Shown here piece after piece: positions 8,834 through 20,144 of a stretch of DNA of 28,180 bases. The DNA is taken from positions 1 through 28,180 of IMG/VR virus record IMGVR_UViG_3300030207_002922; one strand, given 5' to 3'. A model generated the notes under the pieces. That model searched no databases and had not been told where the DNA came from. It worked only from the letters and a program-made list of their open reading frames with translations. Each line of letters starts with the position of its first letter. Position 1 is the stretch's first letter. A program made the translations under genes and the position numbers. Source of the DNA: a virus (taxonomy: Duplodnaviria; Caudoviricetes).

Positions 8834-9126
8834 TGGTAGATACGCCTGATGCGGTATTACTTTATGTCCCCCTGATGAAGGGTTTGGGCATGAGTTGGAA
8901 AGAAATTAAGGAAACGCCAAGACATGAATTAGAGGGACTTCTCGCAGCATACAGTGCACACGAGCAGTTTCATTCAATGGACGGTTATGATGATAATGAT
9001 GTGTCTACAATGGCTAAAGACAAGCCACAAGTTAGACAGAGTTATCACAGATACTTAGAAACACGCTCTAAGTACGAACGAATGATAGGAAAAAGAAAGG
9101 AAGTAAAATCATTTAGGGACTTATAA
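8824..9126 (+). CDS. Tail assembly chaperone C-terminal extension (gpT-like), reached by -1 frameshift (fusion of about 219 aa) or by ATG 8833
   Basis: LGMSWKEIKETPRHELEGLL is typical of gpT-like segments. In the -1 frame relative to 8468-8833; stop overlaps the tape measure ATG. Confidence 0.7.
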   Translation, partial: YHLMVDTPDAVLLYVPLMKGLGMSWKEIKETPRHELEGLLAAYSAHEQFHSMDGYDDNDVSTMAKDKPQVRQSYHRYLETRSKYERMIGKRKEVKSFRDL

Positions 9127-12032
9127 TGGGTTTTGCAGGACAAGTATTCGCAGCGCGAATGGCTGTTGGTCTAGCCGTTCCTAGTAAGAGCGCTCTCACC
9201 GGTGTAGGTGGCATGCTGGCTAAAGGAGCGTCAGCTATATATAACAAATTAGCTCAGGAACGTAAGAGTCAAGCAGCTGCACGAGTTGCTGCAGCATCAA
9301 AAGAAGCAGATAGATTAGCTGAAGTAGTAAAAAGTAAGTCTAAAATTAGCTCTGCACAGACTGTTTTAGAGGCAAAACGAGGGGTTATGGCCCTCGAAGA
9401 TGTAGGTGGACAGGCTAGACAAGCTTTTGAAGGTGATATGAGTCAAATGCAAAAGGTCATGACTGGTGGTACTGGCGATAAATTATTCTCTGGTATCGAA
9501 AAAGGAATGAAACCTATGGATAAATTGATGCGTATGACAAGAAACTACGCTACAATGTCCGAAGGTCATCAAAAAAGAGCAGTTGCTCAGTCTAAAATGT
9601 ATGTCCAAGCTAAGGCTGAAGACGTAAAAGCAACCGCTAAATCCTTTAAAACCTTACTAAAAGAGCGTGAAGAGATAATTGCTAGTGGAAAAGCTACTAA
9701 AAAACAGCTAGCAGTTATGGATAAAGGAATAGAAAAGAAGAAACAAGATGTTAAAGCTTCAGCTAAAATACTTAAATTAGCTAGAAGACAAGAAAAAATG
9801 ATTGATAGAGTAGCTAAAGCTACTAAAAATGCAGGAGTTAAAACTACAGAAGAGTTAAAACAGGCCAAAGAAAAATTAGCAAAGGCCACAAAAGAGTTAA
9901 CTGAAGCTGAGGCCGAACAAGCTGAGATGACAGATGAGCTAGATGAGGAGTCTAAAGGCTTTGGTGAGACTATTGGTACAACAGTTAATCAAGGATTACA
10001 AGGGTATAGAGATGTTTTAGTAGAAAGTGTAGCCATAATGAGTGCATTTTACTATAAAATTAACCAAAATACACAAGCTTTAATTGAGTTTGAACGTGAA
10101 TTATTTAATGCAAATTCTGTGTTTGGTCTAACAAACGATGAACTATTTAAAACAAGTAACATGATTACTGAATTTGGTCAACAATTCGGTATGGAAATGC
10201 AGAATGGTGCCACTGGTTTGTACCAACTTGCATCGGCAGGTTTAAGCGCCAACGAAGCAATGCAAGTTTTACCACACACTTTGAAGCTATCTATGGCTGT
10301 TCAAGGTGACCACAACACAATATCTAAACTAACCACACAAACCATCGCTGGTTTCGGCATGGAAATGAACGAAGCTGGCAGGTTGACAGATAAGTTTGCG
10401 CATGCTATTCAGAAATCTTTGATTGAATATGAAGATTTATCAAGCGCTGTTAAGTTTGCTCTACCTTTCTTTACCTCTACAGGGCAATCTATAGACCAAT
10501 TGTTAGGGGCTTTACAAGTCTTGACTAATAGAGCTTTAGAGGCTGGTATTGCAGGTAGGGGTCTTAGACAGGCATTGGCTGAATTTGCTGAAAATGCAGA
10601 GAATAACGATGCTGCATTTAGAAAAATGGGAATATCCATTTTAGATTCTGAAGGAAACATGAAGCAATTGACTGATATTGCAGCAGAATTCGCTAGGGTA
10701 GTAGGTGAAGAAACTGTTTCTAACACAGAACTATTGACTGCATTAATCGACGACTTGAATGTGCGTGGTGCTACCGCTTTCGTCCACTTAGTTCAAGCAT
10801 CAGATGAGTTTACTGAGGCAGTACATGCAACAGAAAACGCTGGTGGAGAGTTAGATAAGATGGTCAAAATCCAGAATGAGTCTATGGGAGCTCAGATACA
10901 AATTCTCAAAAACAATGTCCAAGCTATATTCCAACTGAGAGATGCAACATATGAAGGAACTGGCTTTTTGAATGGTTTCCACGAAGCTACTGTTAACATT
11001 ATTAAGAGTTTATCTGGCCTAATAGTTGTAGAGGAAGAGGGACAACAGAAACTAACTGAGTTCGGTGAGTCTTTACGCACTATCGTTATAGAATCTATGT
11101 ACGCTTTACATGAAGTTATTTTACAAGTAGTAGATGTAATAAAAGAATTTAGTAAAGAAGGATTAATTAGCACAGAAATGATAAGATTATACACACTACC
11201 ACTAAGAATACTATTAGATGTTATACAGTTGTTAGGGCCTGATTTTACTAAATTAATACTAACACTATACATTTATAACAAAGTGTTGATGCTAGGTGCT
11301 GTAGCTAATGTTGCCTTTGGTAAAACAGCTATGACTAAAGTATATCCTGCATTGATGGCAGGAATAGCACATGGAGCAAAGACGGCTTATGCTGCTATAC
11401 TAAAATATGCCGCAGGTGCTAACGTAGCAACATTCGCATCTAGAGCTTTAGCTTTTGCTATGAGAGCCATACCTATAGTAGCACTTGTAACAGCAGTAGT
11501 ATTAGTTATTTATTATTTAGCTAAATGGATGAAGAAAACAGATGCATTGAGTAAAATGATAAACTTCTTTAGTAGTGGATTAAAGTCTTTGGGTGACATT
11601 GTTATTAATTATGTAGTATTCAGTTTTAATATGTGGATGGGTATTATAGATAAGATAGTGGGTGGATTGGGTAAGATAGCTGGTTTTGGTGGTGGTATAA
11701 TTGATAGTGCTAAAGGTTTACTAGGTTTCGCTAATGGTGGGTACGTTACTGGTATGGCAAATGGTGGTAGAGTGGGTAAACAACCTTACATGGTTGGAGA
11801 ACGTGGACCTGAGCTATTCATGCCTTCAAGTTCAGGGCAAATCTTAAATACTCAGAAGACCCAAAAGATATTAGCAGAAAGCACTGATTTGGCTGGTCCT
11901 GCAAAAGGCAGCCCACAAGTTATGAATATACAATCATTAGTGGTATCAGAGGCAGACATAAATCAAAGTAGTCTTAACATAGACTCGTTTGCGAGCAACC
12001 CTGCAATCAGAAGGACAAGTATAGGAGGATGA
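9126..12032 (+). CDS. Tail tape measure protein (TP901-type core)
   Basis: 968 aa, helical and Ala/Lys-rich. Core motifs GLYQLASAGLS, LTDKFAHA, LSSAVKFA, EAGIAGRGLR, KMGISILDSEGNMKQL. Hydrophobic segments near the C-terminus and ANGG...PYMVGERGPELFMP. Confidence 0.92.
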   Translation: MGFAGQVFAARMAVGLAVPSKSALTGVGGMLAKGASAIYNKLAQERKSQAAARVAAASKEADRLAEVVKSKSKISSAQTVLEAKRGVMALEDVGGQARQAFEGDMSQMQKVMTGGTGDKLFSGIEKGMKPMDKLMRMTRNYATMSEGHQKRAVAQSKMYVQAKAEDVKATAKSFKTLLKEREEIIASGKATKKQLAVMDKGIEKKKQDVKASAKILKLARRQEKMIDRVAKATKNAGVKTTEELKQAKEKLAKATKELTEAEAEQAEMTDELDEESKGFGETIGTTVNQGLQGYRDVLVESVAIMSAFYYKINQNTQALIEFERELFNANSVFGLTNDELFKTSNMITEFGQQFGMEMQNGATGLYQLASAGLSANEAMQVLPHTLKLSMAVQGDHNTISKLTTQTIAGFGMEMNEAGRLTDKFAHAIQKSLIEYEDLSSAVKFALPFFTSTGQSIDQLLGALQVLTNRALEAGIAGRGLRQALAEFAENAENNDAAFRKMGISILDSEGNMKQLTDIAAEFARVVGEETVSNTELLTALIDDLNVRGATAFVHLVQASDEFTEAVHATENAGGELDKMVKIQNESMGAQIQILKNNVQAIFQLRDATYEGTGFLNGFHEATVNIIKSLSGLIVVEEEGQQKLTEFGESLRTIVIESMYALHEVILQVVDVIKEFSKEGLISTEMIRLYTLPLRILLDVIQLLGPDFTKLILTLYIYNKVLMLGAVANVAFGKTAMTKVYPALMAGIAHGAKTAYAAILKYAAGANVATFASRALAFAMRAIPIVALVTAVVLVIYYLAKWMKKTDALSKMINFFSSGLKSLGDIVINYVVFSFNMWMGIIDKIVGGLGKIAGFGGGIIDSAKGLLGFANGGYVTGMANGGRVGKQPYMVGERGPELFMPSSSGQILNTQKTQKILAESTDLAGPAKGSPQVMNIQSLVVSEADINQSSLNIDSFASNPAIRRTSIGG

Positions 12033-12033
12033 A

Positions 12034-15000
12034 ATGCCGGTAACAGTAAAACCCAATCATTTTTATAAAGTCACCGATATAGGTGAAATGGTATATGTAA
12101 CACCAGATTTTGTAGATTTACCACAAGGTAGTAGTTCTACTACTGTTGATTTGAGAGGTGGTGTTCCTGCAAGTTACATTTTACTATCTGGAAGCACTCC
12201 TGCTCCACTTAAGTTTGGTGGTGGCGAATTAAAAGGAGGACATCTACGTATGTTTGTTGATAGTTTTGATACTGCTGCTATACCTAGTGCTCCTGAATTA
12301 AGTTTATATAAGTTAGATGATAGTGTTACTGCTATTTCTGAAGGTTCACTTACCTCTTACATTACAACAGGTACTGAACAAACTGCAACATTTACTGCAG
12401 TTAATGATAACACTACGCTAGCTGCAGTTAATCCTGCAAACCCTGTATCGGCAGGAATTAAAGCAGGTATGTTTGTTACTTCTAAAAATAAAGCATTAGG
12501 TATTTCTTGTCGTGTGTTACAAGTCACCACTTCTAGTATTATCCTTGAATATCCTCCCCGTGGTGCAGAAGACCCGACAACTTTAATATTTACAAATTCT
12601 AAATTATACCCATCAATATATCATTCTACAGCTCCTGATGAACCTATATTACAAGAAAACTTTGATGGAGCTAATAAATTTTTAGGAGCAGGAGCAATAG
12701 GACAAAATCTTAGAGCTTCTTTACCATATTTAACTATACCAATAGCAGCTAGCCTTGGTGAAAATATTAACGCAAAGCAAGGTTTACCTGAAAATCAAGA
12801 ATCTAAAGAAAAAATACTAGAGAAGTTTTATAGTGATTCTACAAGAACAAAAATATTTTTAAAGCCTAGAAATCCAGAGGCACCTACTACAGACAAATTC
12901 ATACCTGCTAACGACAAAAGAAATTCTGAGAATAAAAAAAGAATAACTGTACCACGTTGGAAATGGGCTGAGATAAAAGATATCTTAGAGTATGACCAAG
13001 TAGTCAATTTCCCATCAGATAATGATGCATCACCTACAGCATCACCTAATACTACAATATTTAGTGATTTCTTTGTCTCACCTAGAATTAATAACCCTTA
13101 CTCAGCAACCACAGATGCTCCATTAATGTTAAGTTTATGTGAGTTGACTAATACAAATGCTGCTTCTGGTGGCCAATCTTTACACTTTCACCACCTTTGG
13201 GACTATTCTAACAGTATGACTGGGTCTCAAAGCTCTACTACTGCATATAATACTGATGCAATGTTAGGTGTAGGAAAATCTATAAACCCTCAGTCTGCTC
13301 GTGCAACTTTATATAACATACCTAAACCTACCCCCGGTTTTGAGCTAGGTAACGCAAACAAAGCTACTCAAGCTACAGACATGAGGAGTGTAGTGCCTGA
13401 AGTGGCTTTGACGTTAAATATAGCTAAGTTAGAAAATTCACCACCATTAATGAGTAGTGGTTCTAGTAACTATATGTTATCTGGAACATCTTATTATGGG
13501 TGGACGCTCAATGGAAGTGCTCCTAATTCACATACAGCAACTAACTCAGACCCACTTGGTAGTCTTGATACTATAGATACATTTTTAAGAAGTGTATGTG
13601 TTACCTTTTCTAACTACAAACCTAAACCTGAACACACTACATTAGATAGATTTTTAGACTATGGTTTGTCTCGTTTTTATGGTAACACTGAAAATTGTGT
13701 GGTTGGTGGTGTAGTTTTTAGAAAGCAAGCTTACGCACCTGCTGATGATAGGCCTAATATTTATGCATATGCTTTACCAGTTACACGTCTCTCTACTGCA
13801 ACTTCTAACACTCCCGGACAAACTGGTCTTTTCAAAGCAGTTTTTGACACTAATCTTTCTAATTCTGTTGTTCTCGGTTCAGGACCGTTTACACCAGCTA
13901 ATGCTGCAACTGACCCTCGGTCTGTGGCTTTACCGTTTAACTCATGGTTTAAAATGAGATGTTTATTTGATACGTTTGCATACAATAACACAGGTAGTTA
14001 TGTAAGAGAACCATACTCCACACCCGGAGACCATGGCGCATACGACTCAGATGAACAAAGAGGAGTACCATTACGTGTATTATTTGAAGGAGCAGTTCAA
14101 CCCTCTGGTGCTACAGATGGTGATACAAACGAAAATCTACCATTTATTGATGTACCTTTCCCTTGTCTCAGTGGGACTGCTGAACATGATTCTTATATAT
14201 TAGATGACACTCCTACAGGATTTACCAATAATAACCCTAACTGGCCTAAACATATGACAATATGGGTTCAAAACTACAGATGGATATCTGGTAGTAATAC
14301 CAATGGTAACTTTGTTAGATATGGTGATAATCAATATAATGCATCTGGAGCAGCAATAGAAACTGAAGTATTCGTAGATGACGTAATATTAAAAGGATTT
14401 GCACCAGCTGTAACTAATTGTTCTGCCTTATATAAAGCAGATAATACGCAAGTTATACCATGGCAACAAAAGTCAATACTTACAGCATATAATAAATTAA
14501 ATAATAACAGTACAAAACAATTGACTGTTTGGTCTACTGGAACAACTGGAGTAACAGGTGGTACATCAGCTTTCGAAATAGAAAATCAAGTACAAAATCT
14601 TTATGAAGTTAATCCCGGACAGGTTTTGACCGTGGGTTTTGACGTCCCTGCATCTTTACCAATAACAACTGATGATTATGCAGCTGATAGTTCTGGGTAT
14701 ATCTTATTTAGTGGATTTACTACACTAAACTCAAAGGATATCAACCCTATAACAAGTGGATTTGTGGGTAATGTACCTAGTGCTTCTGGTGGTACATATA
14801 GTAGTTTGGGAGGTGGAGGAGATAGTTTTGAGACATTAGGAGGTACTATTAGAGCAAAACATTATACTTCCTCTGCAGTCAATGCTGACAACTCTATTGT
14901 AGACCGCCCATATATTTACACTGGTTCCGATACAAACCTCGGAACCTCTACAGGGTTTCAAGGCTCTGGTAATTTTACAAGTGTAGATGGTTTTACACAA

Positions 15001-17025
15001 AAAGGATTTTTAAAGGTAAATGCCCCTCCGGGTACTTTCGGTGCGACAGATGGATGGATAAAAAGAGAGAACATCTCTTGTTCTACTAAGATATTAGAAA
15101 TAGCAACCTCTGAAAATGAGTGGAACATCGGTGAGATAAGAGTACATAATCCTGCAATATTTAATTTCGAAGACCAAGAAGAAGAATATGTTATATATAG
15201 AATGGGTCAAGCTATTACTTACGCCACTATGGACCATAGCACTGTAGCAAAAGGTATGGGCGATAACCAAATTATAGTTGCCGCTCGAAATGATGACAAT
15301 ACTAATATTATAGAATTAGCAGTTAAGGGCACAGGCTCTACTGGGTTCCCTTTCTCCGATGGTAATGGTAGTTCAAAAACTGAAAGCACTAAACTTTTAT
15401 CTGAAGAATTTTTAGCTGATTTATGGATTAGTCCTAAAAAATATTGGATTAGTTTGTTTCATGATAGTAATGATGAAATGATTGCTCGAACTTATACTAA
15501 TGCAGTAACTGTCACACAAGATGTATCTGGTTCAACAATATCAGGAAGTACATTCAATGAATATGATTATGGATTTAATTCAAGTGCTACAGGCTCTTTA
15601 GGGCAAGCAGGGCTGTATGTAAACAATTATGATTTATCTGTCAATAATGAATCATCATCTTTAACTTTAAATAGAGATTATGGTTTTGGACCTTATGATG
15701 AAGAAACACAAACAGGAGGAGAACTCAGTAAAACAGTAGCTTTAACTAATCAATACGCTTACTTTAATTTTGAGAATGTTAATAAAAATAAAGATTTGGG
15801 GCCAGACCTACCTTTTAACATGAGACTAGGATTAACTGAGCAAACAGTAAACCGAACTGTAACATTATCAACTGAGGATGAAACCAGTAATACAAAGAAA
15901 CCGCAGTTATTATGGGAATATATGGATATGCCTCCTAAGTTTGATGAACCATTAACAGTAGGGCCAGCGTTTGATATACTTAACTCAGAGGTTAACCTTT
16001 ACGATTTAACAAGAGAAGATTATAACAATCTTAAATTTTTATGGAAAGAATCTGAAAAAGATATATTCTCTAGACTTTTAATGATAGATACAGAACCAAT
16101 ATCTAATAAATATCACAAGTCTATTTTCTGGGCTCCACTAAATGAACCTATAACTACTAACGATACTACTGATTCACCAAGCTTTTATTACGAAAGTGGT
16201 GCAAGTGAAGCCACTAAAACTCAATTAGGGTACTCAACGGGTACTACCTATACAAAAACAGTAGAGGGTTTAAATGGGTATGCAGTTGTAAATCCTTACA
16301 TTAGAACAGACCCTAGTAAAACTGGTGGATATCTTAGTGGTTCAACTGAATTTACAATTACGGTTGCAGTTGTACCAAATGATACTACTGCAGGGGCAAG
16401 CACAAATTGTATTGTAACAGACATCTACAGTACTGCTGGAAAGTGTACATATCTATTGGAGTTAGAAAAACCATCGGGGGCTAACGCTGACGTTACGCCA
16501 GTATTTACGTTAGTGTCAGGAACAAGCGCTAATTATGCTGCTGACAAAGTAGAAATAACAGGCAACCGCACTTACATTAATGATGGTAACACACCACTAT
16601 TTATAACAGTTACATTTGACAATAGTTTAACCGCTGATTGTATTAAAATGTATGTCAATGGTGAAAAGGTAGCTGGCTCTGCTGGCAACTGGGTAACAGG
16701 ACGCCCTGTGACTACATTTGACATGACCAGCGCTTCATATCCCGGATTAAGAATTGGACAAGAAGATACTTTTACAGCGACAAGATTTGCAGGAACTATA
16801 GAAGAATTAGTATTTTATAGTAAATGTTATGAAGTTCCAGAAAACCCAGACCAATATATTTACAACACTAAAACACTGTCTAATTATAGTGACAGTGGAA
16901 GTTCAGCAACACTTAACAGACAATATGCTAAATTGTTTTTATTTGACTATCACAATTTCATTGGTAAGTCTAGAGATGAAGTTACTTCAAGTCAATTACT
17001 CGCATGGGAGGCAACAGGAATATAA
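12034..17025 (+). CDS. Very large tail-tip/receptor-binding protein with C-terminal LamG domain
   Basis: 1663 aa, S/T/G/N-rich, directly after the tape measure gene. LamG motifs FTITVAVVP, FITVTFDN, KMYVNG, LRIG, FAGTIEELVFY at about 16120-16825. Confidence 0.7.
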   Translation: MPVTVKPNHFYKVTDIGEMVYVTPDFVDLPQGSSSTTVDLRGGVPASYILLSGSTPAPLKFGGGELKGGHLRMFVDSFDTAAIPSAPELSLYKLDDSVTAISEGSLTSYITTGTEQTATFTAVNDNTTLAAVNPANPVSAGIKAGMFVTSKNKALGISCRVLQVTTSSIILEYPPRGAEDPTTLIFTNSKLYPSIYHSTAPDEPILQENFDGANKFLGAGAIGQNLRASLPYLTIPIAASLGENINAKQGLPENQESKEKILEKFYSDSTRTKIFLKPRNPEAPTTDKFIPANDKRNSENKKRITVPRWKWAEIKDILEYDQVVNFPSDNDASPTASPNTTIFSDFFVSPRINNPYSATTDAPLMLSLCELTNTNAASGGQSLHFHHLWDYSNSMTGSQSSTTAYNTDAMLGVGKSINPQSARATLYNIPKPTPGFELGNANKATQATDMRSVVPEVALTLNIAKLENSPPLMSSGSSNYMLSGTSYYGWTLNGSAPNSHTATNSDPLGSLDTIDTFLRSVCVTFSNYKPKPEHTTLDRFLDYGLSRFYGNTENCVVGGVVFRKQAYAPADDRPNIYAYALPVTRLSTATSNTPGQTGLFKAVFDTNLSNSVVLGSGPFTPANAATDPRSVALPFNSWFKMRCLFDTFAYNNTGSYVREPYSTPGDHGAYDSDEQRGVPLRVLFEGAVQPSGATDGDTNENLPFIDVPFPCLSGTAEHDSYILDDTPTGFTNNNPNWPKHMTIWVQNYRWISGSNTNGNFVRYGDNQYNASGAAIETEVFVDDVILKGFAPAVTNCSALYKADNTQVIPWQQKSILTAYNKLNNNSTKQLTVWSTGTTGVTGGTSAFEIENQVQNLYEVNPGQVLTVGFDVPASLPITTDDYAADSSGYILFSGFTTLNSKDINPITSGFVGNVPSASGGTYSSLGGGGDSFETLGGTIRAKHYTSSAVNADNSIVDRPYIYTGSDTNLGTSTGFQGSGNFTSVDGFTQKGFLKVNAPPGTFGATDGWIKRENISCSTKILEIATSENEWNIGEIRVHNPAIFNFEDQEEEYVIYRMGQAITYATMDHSTVAKGMGDNQIIVAARNDDNTNIIELAVKGTGSTGFPFSDGNGSSKTESTKLLSEEFLADLWISPKKYWISLFHDSNDEMIARTYTNAVTVTQDVSGSTISGSTFNEYDYGFNSSATGSLGQAGLYVNNYDLSVNNESSSLTLNRDYGFGPYDEETQTGGELSKTVALTNQYAYFNFENVNKNKDLGPDLPFNMRLGLTEQTVNRTVTLSTEDETSNTKKPQLLWEYMDMPPKFDEPLTVGPAFDILNSEVNLYDLTREDYNNLKFLWKESEKDIFSRLLMIDTEPISNKYHKSIFWAPLNEPITTNDTTDSPSFYYESGASEATKTQLGYSTGTTYTKTVEGLNGYAVVNPYIRTDPSKTGGYLSGSTEFTITVAVVPNDTTAGASTNCIVTDIYSTAGKCTYLLELEKPSGANADVTPVFTLVSGTSANYAADKVEITGNRTYINDGNTPLFITVTFDNSLTADCIKMYVNGEKVAGSAGNWVTGRPVTTFDMTSASYPGLRIGQEDTFTATRFAGTIEELVFYSKCYEVPENPDQYIYNTKTLSNYSDSGSSATLNRQYAKLFLFDYHNFIGKSRDEVTSSQLLAWEATGI

Positions 17026-20000
17026 TGACAACTACAAGTTTTTTAGGGTGGTATAGTGATACAGGTGCTACTGCAGCTATAACTACAACCACACCATACA
17101 CAGAGATATATGCTAAATTAACATTTGATAAAGCAGACGTTAGAGCTGTATACATAGATTGGGATGATGGTACTTCAAACAAACAAAATGAAGCTAACTA
17201 TCAATGGGTTCAAAGTACAGAACCACTATCTACATACATTGTACCACATACATACACTAAATCAGGTAGTTTTAAACCTGTTGTACAAGTGGTTAATTCA
17301 GATGGTATAGTTAGTAATTACTTATCTAATGAGTCTACTAACACAGATGTAGCACCACATGAATACCGAACTACTGTTTCTGGTATGTCAGTAACTGATA
17401 ATGCCGCTACTGGTATACTTAGAGTAGAAAACAAACAAGTACTCAGTGGTATTGATAATAGTATATTTGATAAATATGGTCCACGAGATATATATTTTGC
17501 TGTGGCTCCAGTTGTATCGCAAACTGATGCTGTTGGTTTGTTAGACCAACCTGTAATAGAAATAGAGGCAGAAGTAGTAAACTTAAATGATGCAGATGCT
17601 GCAGGCACTTACCTAGGTGGTTCTATTGATATGAAAACTATATCATTTACTGGCTCTGCAACACTAGATGCAGGACAAAATGTAGAAAAAATAAACAGTA
17701 ACTCATATAGAATACGAAGAATAACAAAGGTTACATATAAGAGCTCTAAAATAAACAAAGCTCAAACTTACACAGCGACACAAAATTTTAATAAACTTAA
17801 ATTATTTATACTAACCACAGGCAATAATACATTAACTGCAGGTGGTAGTTCATTGACTCCATATTACCCTGTTACATATATTACTAACGGTTCTCCTGTT
17901 AAAAGAGCTGATGATGAAAGGAGAGTAGTTAATTTAGATATGTCACAAAGTAGAGCTGCTGCATCTAATGCAACCATATCAAATTATTTTTATGCTAACG
18001 GTAAAAATTGGTTTACACCAGTAGACGAGTGGGCAGGTACTACTACATTAACTAGTGTCTCAGGAGGCACGGACGCAGTTCACGCTGCATCATATACATA
18101 CCAACCGAGACCAGATGGTCTTTTACAAAAAGGTATCACTACTGATGCTAGTGCTGAGTATGTATTAGCGTTTGGTGCTAGTAACAATCTAAAATGGTAC
18201 ACTGCAACAGACCAACAACCTAGGCAGGACCAATTTATTATTGACGATTACAATAGATTTGTCCCACAAGGACATTTATTAAGAACATATGTCAAGGCTT
18301 CATCTACTAGTGGTAGTAGTTTAGATAATTATACAGGTATATTTAGAATATCTCCTGCATTGAATTGGGTTAATTCTGGTTCACAAGTAGCAGTAGGTAA
18401 TGAATCTCAGTCTATAACTAAACTTTATGAAAACGAAGGAGCCTCAGCTCCAACACACACTGTGGATATTACAACCAATGCCACAACCAATACACAAAGT
18501 GGTATCATGGATTTGGATGCTGTAAATAAATTAGCGTACAAAAGTAGAACTAACGCCGATAGAGATGCAAATGAATATCTACTGTTGTTAGCTTCTAAAA
18601 AACATAACAAAGTATTTTTCCAATGCACACCACAAGCACAAGAGCTAATGAGTAATGCATCTGGTGGAACTAATCAAATAGAAATCGGTGGTTTATATTA
18701 TTTACATGCAGATAAAAAAGACGCTATAGATTCTAACATATACTGGAAACCACTTATGTTCCAAGATGGTACTAAATCTACAATAGAGTACAGAAATGAG
18801 GGTGGTGATACTTACACACCAAATTCTGCTTCCTTTAGTAAGTCAGGATTTGTAGAGTTTGATGAGCCATTAGATTGGACTGCTGTATCTTTCAACGATA
18901 TAATGGGATTACAATCAGGTCATGCTGGATGGAATACCCCAGAAACTAGTGGTGCTACACCCATTTCACCTACAACTAATCCCTATGAATGGGCTTTTAC
19001 TGGTACATGTACTTCAGTATCTTTGGGTGGTGCATCAGGTAAAGTAGTTAGTTTTACAGGTGCTATACCTACAGATATATCAGGAGCAGCGTCAAACATA
19101 GGTGCTTATAAATACTTAGCTATATTACAGAGTGGTAGTGCAGGTGCTGCCAAAGATGTATATGGTCAAGGTTATTGGGTTGCTAGTGGAACTGCAGATG
19201 GTTACGATGGCACTCAGACTTTATATTTACAGGTAGGAGATAAACCTTATGATGGAGGTACCTACAGTGTTTATGGTGAATTTTCAACATCAGCAACATA
19301 CATATTTAAAATACGCAGAGTTAACTTCTATGATGTATTAGATGGAGCTAGTAAAGTTTGGAACTCTACAGGCACTGGAGCAGCTGCTGGGTCATGGGTA
19401 ATCAACAATGTAGATGCAACAGAAGCTAATGGCTGGCCTAATAGGTATGGTTTTATGAGCGGTTCTAACGCTGGAGCAGCCCTCAACACTGCATGGGGTC
19501 CAGACAGTGATTTATACGCCCTTAAACTCGTTTTAAAGGGTAATAAATACGCTAGTGGTTCTACTGCAGCAGCTACTGGAAACGCTGCAGGACATCCCGG
19601 TGTAGAATTATGGAATATTTTACCATATGATAATGCAGCTTCTCAGTATATAGAAGAAATAGATGATACTGCTTATAGTTTAGAAAAACTACCAATTACT
19701 AGTGACGTATCTATTTCTCGCAAAGGAACTTATTATCAGGCTATTACACGTAAAGGAAAAGTATTTATAGCTAAAACAGGTGTAGGTATTACTAAAATAA
19801 ACTTTGACAGTGTAGCTATGGGTGATGAAGATAATACAATTAGTGATAAGTTTGACTCAAATGGTCCCGGCACTACGTATGGTTATTTACGAAAAATAAG
19901 AAAACTCCAAGAAGAAGGTGTAAGAGTGTTCTGGGATGAAGAACAGAAAGATGGTACGTTCGTAAGATTCTGGGGTATAATTACTAGTGTAGCTGAAACC

Positions 20001-20144
20001 AGAGGCACTGGTGGACCACGAGCAATAATGAATTATAGTTTTTCTATGACAGTAGAAGAGATAGCAATATATGATGGTAACAATACATTAATTACAGATA
20101 TATTCCCTCTCGGAGGTGTAGAAGATGTTAGAAGTTACACCTAA
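17025..20144 (+). CDS. Large tail protein with N-terminal PKD/Ig-like domain and C-terminal distal-tail (Dit)-like domain
   Basis: Start at ATG 17025 (TAATG overlap). PKD signature YIDWDDG...HTYTKSGSFKPVVQV. C-terminal ~140 aa (SISRKG...LRKIRKLQEEG...FWGIITSV...YSFSMTVEE) resembles Dit/tube-initiator folds. Confidence 0.65.
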   Translation: MTTTSFLGWYSDTGATAAITTTTPYTEIYAKLTFDKADVRAVYIDWDDGTSNKQNEANYQWVQSTEPLSTYIVPHTYTKSGSFKPVVQVVNSDGIVSNYLSNESTNTDVAPHEYRTTVSGMSVTDNAATGILRVENKQVLSGIDNSIFDKYGPRDIYFAVAPVVSQTDAVGLLDQPVIEIEAEVVNLNDADAAGTYLGGSIDMKTISFTGSATLDAGQNVEKINSNSYRIRRITKVTYKSSKINKAQTYTATQNFNKLKLFILTTGNNTLTAGGSSLTPYYPVTYITNGSPVKRADDERRVVNLDMSQSRAAASNATISNYFYANGKNWFTPVDEWAGTTTLTSVSGGTDAVHAASYTYQPRPDGLLQKGITTDASAEYVLAFGASNNLKWYTATDQQPRQDQFIIDDYNRFVPQGHLLRTYVKASSTSGSSLDNYTGIFRISPALNWVNSGSQVAVGNESQSITKLYENEGASAPTHTVDITTNATTNTQSGIMDLDAVNKLAYKSRTNADRDANEYLLLLASKKHNKVFFQCTPQAQELMSNASGGTNQIEIGGLYYLHADKKDAIDSNIYWKPLMFQDGTKSTIEYRNEGGDTYTPNSASFSKSGFVEFDEPLDWTAVSFNDIMGLQSGHAGWNTPETSGATPISPTTNPYEWAFTGTCTSVSLGGASGKVVSFTGAIPTDISGAASNIGAYKYLAILQSGSAGAAKDVYGQGYWVASGTADGYDGTQTLYLQVGDKPYDGGTYSVYGEFSTSATYIFKIRRVNFYDVLDGASKVWNSTGTGAAAGSWVINNVDATEANGWPNRYGFMSGSNAGAALNTAWGPDSDLYALKLVLKGNKYASGSTAAATGNAAGHPGVELWNILPYDNAASQYIEEIDDTAYSLEKLPITSDVSISRKGTYYQAITRKGKVFIAKTGVGITKINFDSVAMGDEDNTISDKFDSNGPGTTYGYLRKIRKLQEEGVRVFWDEEQKDGTFVRFWGIITSVAETRGTGGPRAIMNYSFSMTVEEIAIYDGNNTLITDIFPLGGVEDVRSYT

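Noticed and set aside
300-18628. Many short antisense or alternate-frame ORFs inside the long + strand genes (e.g. 300-566, 2276-2563, 7030-7359, 9587-9889, 10892-11272, 17318-17608)
   Set aside because: Almost all lie within well-supported genes and show no motif; typical shadow ORFs.
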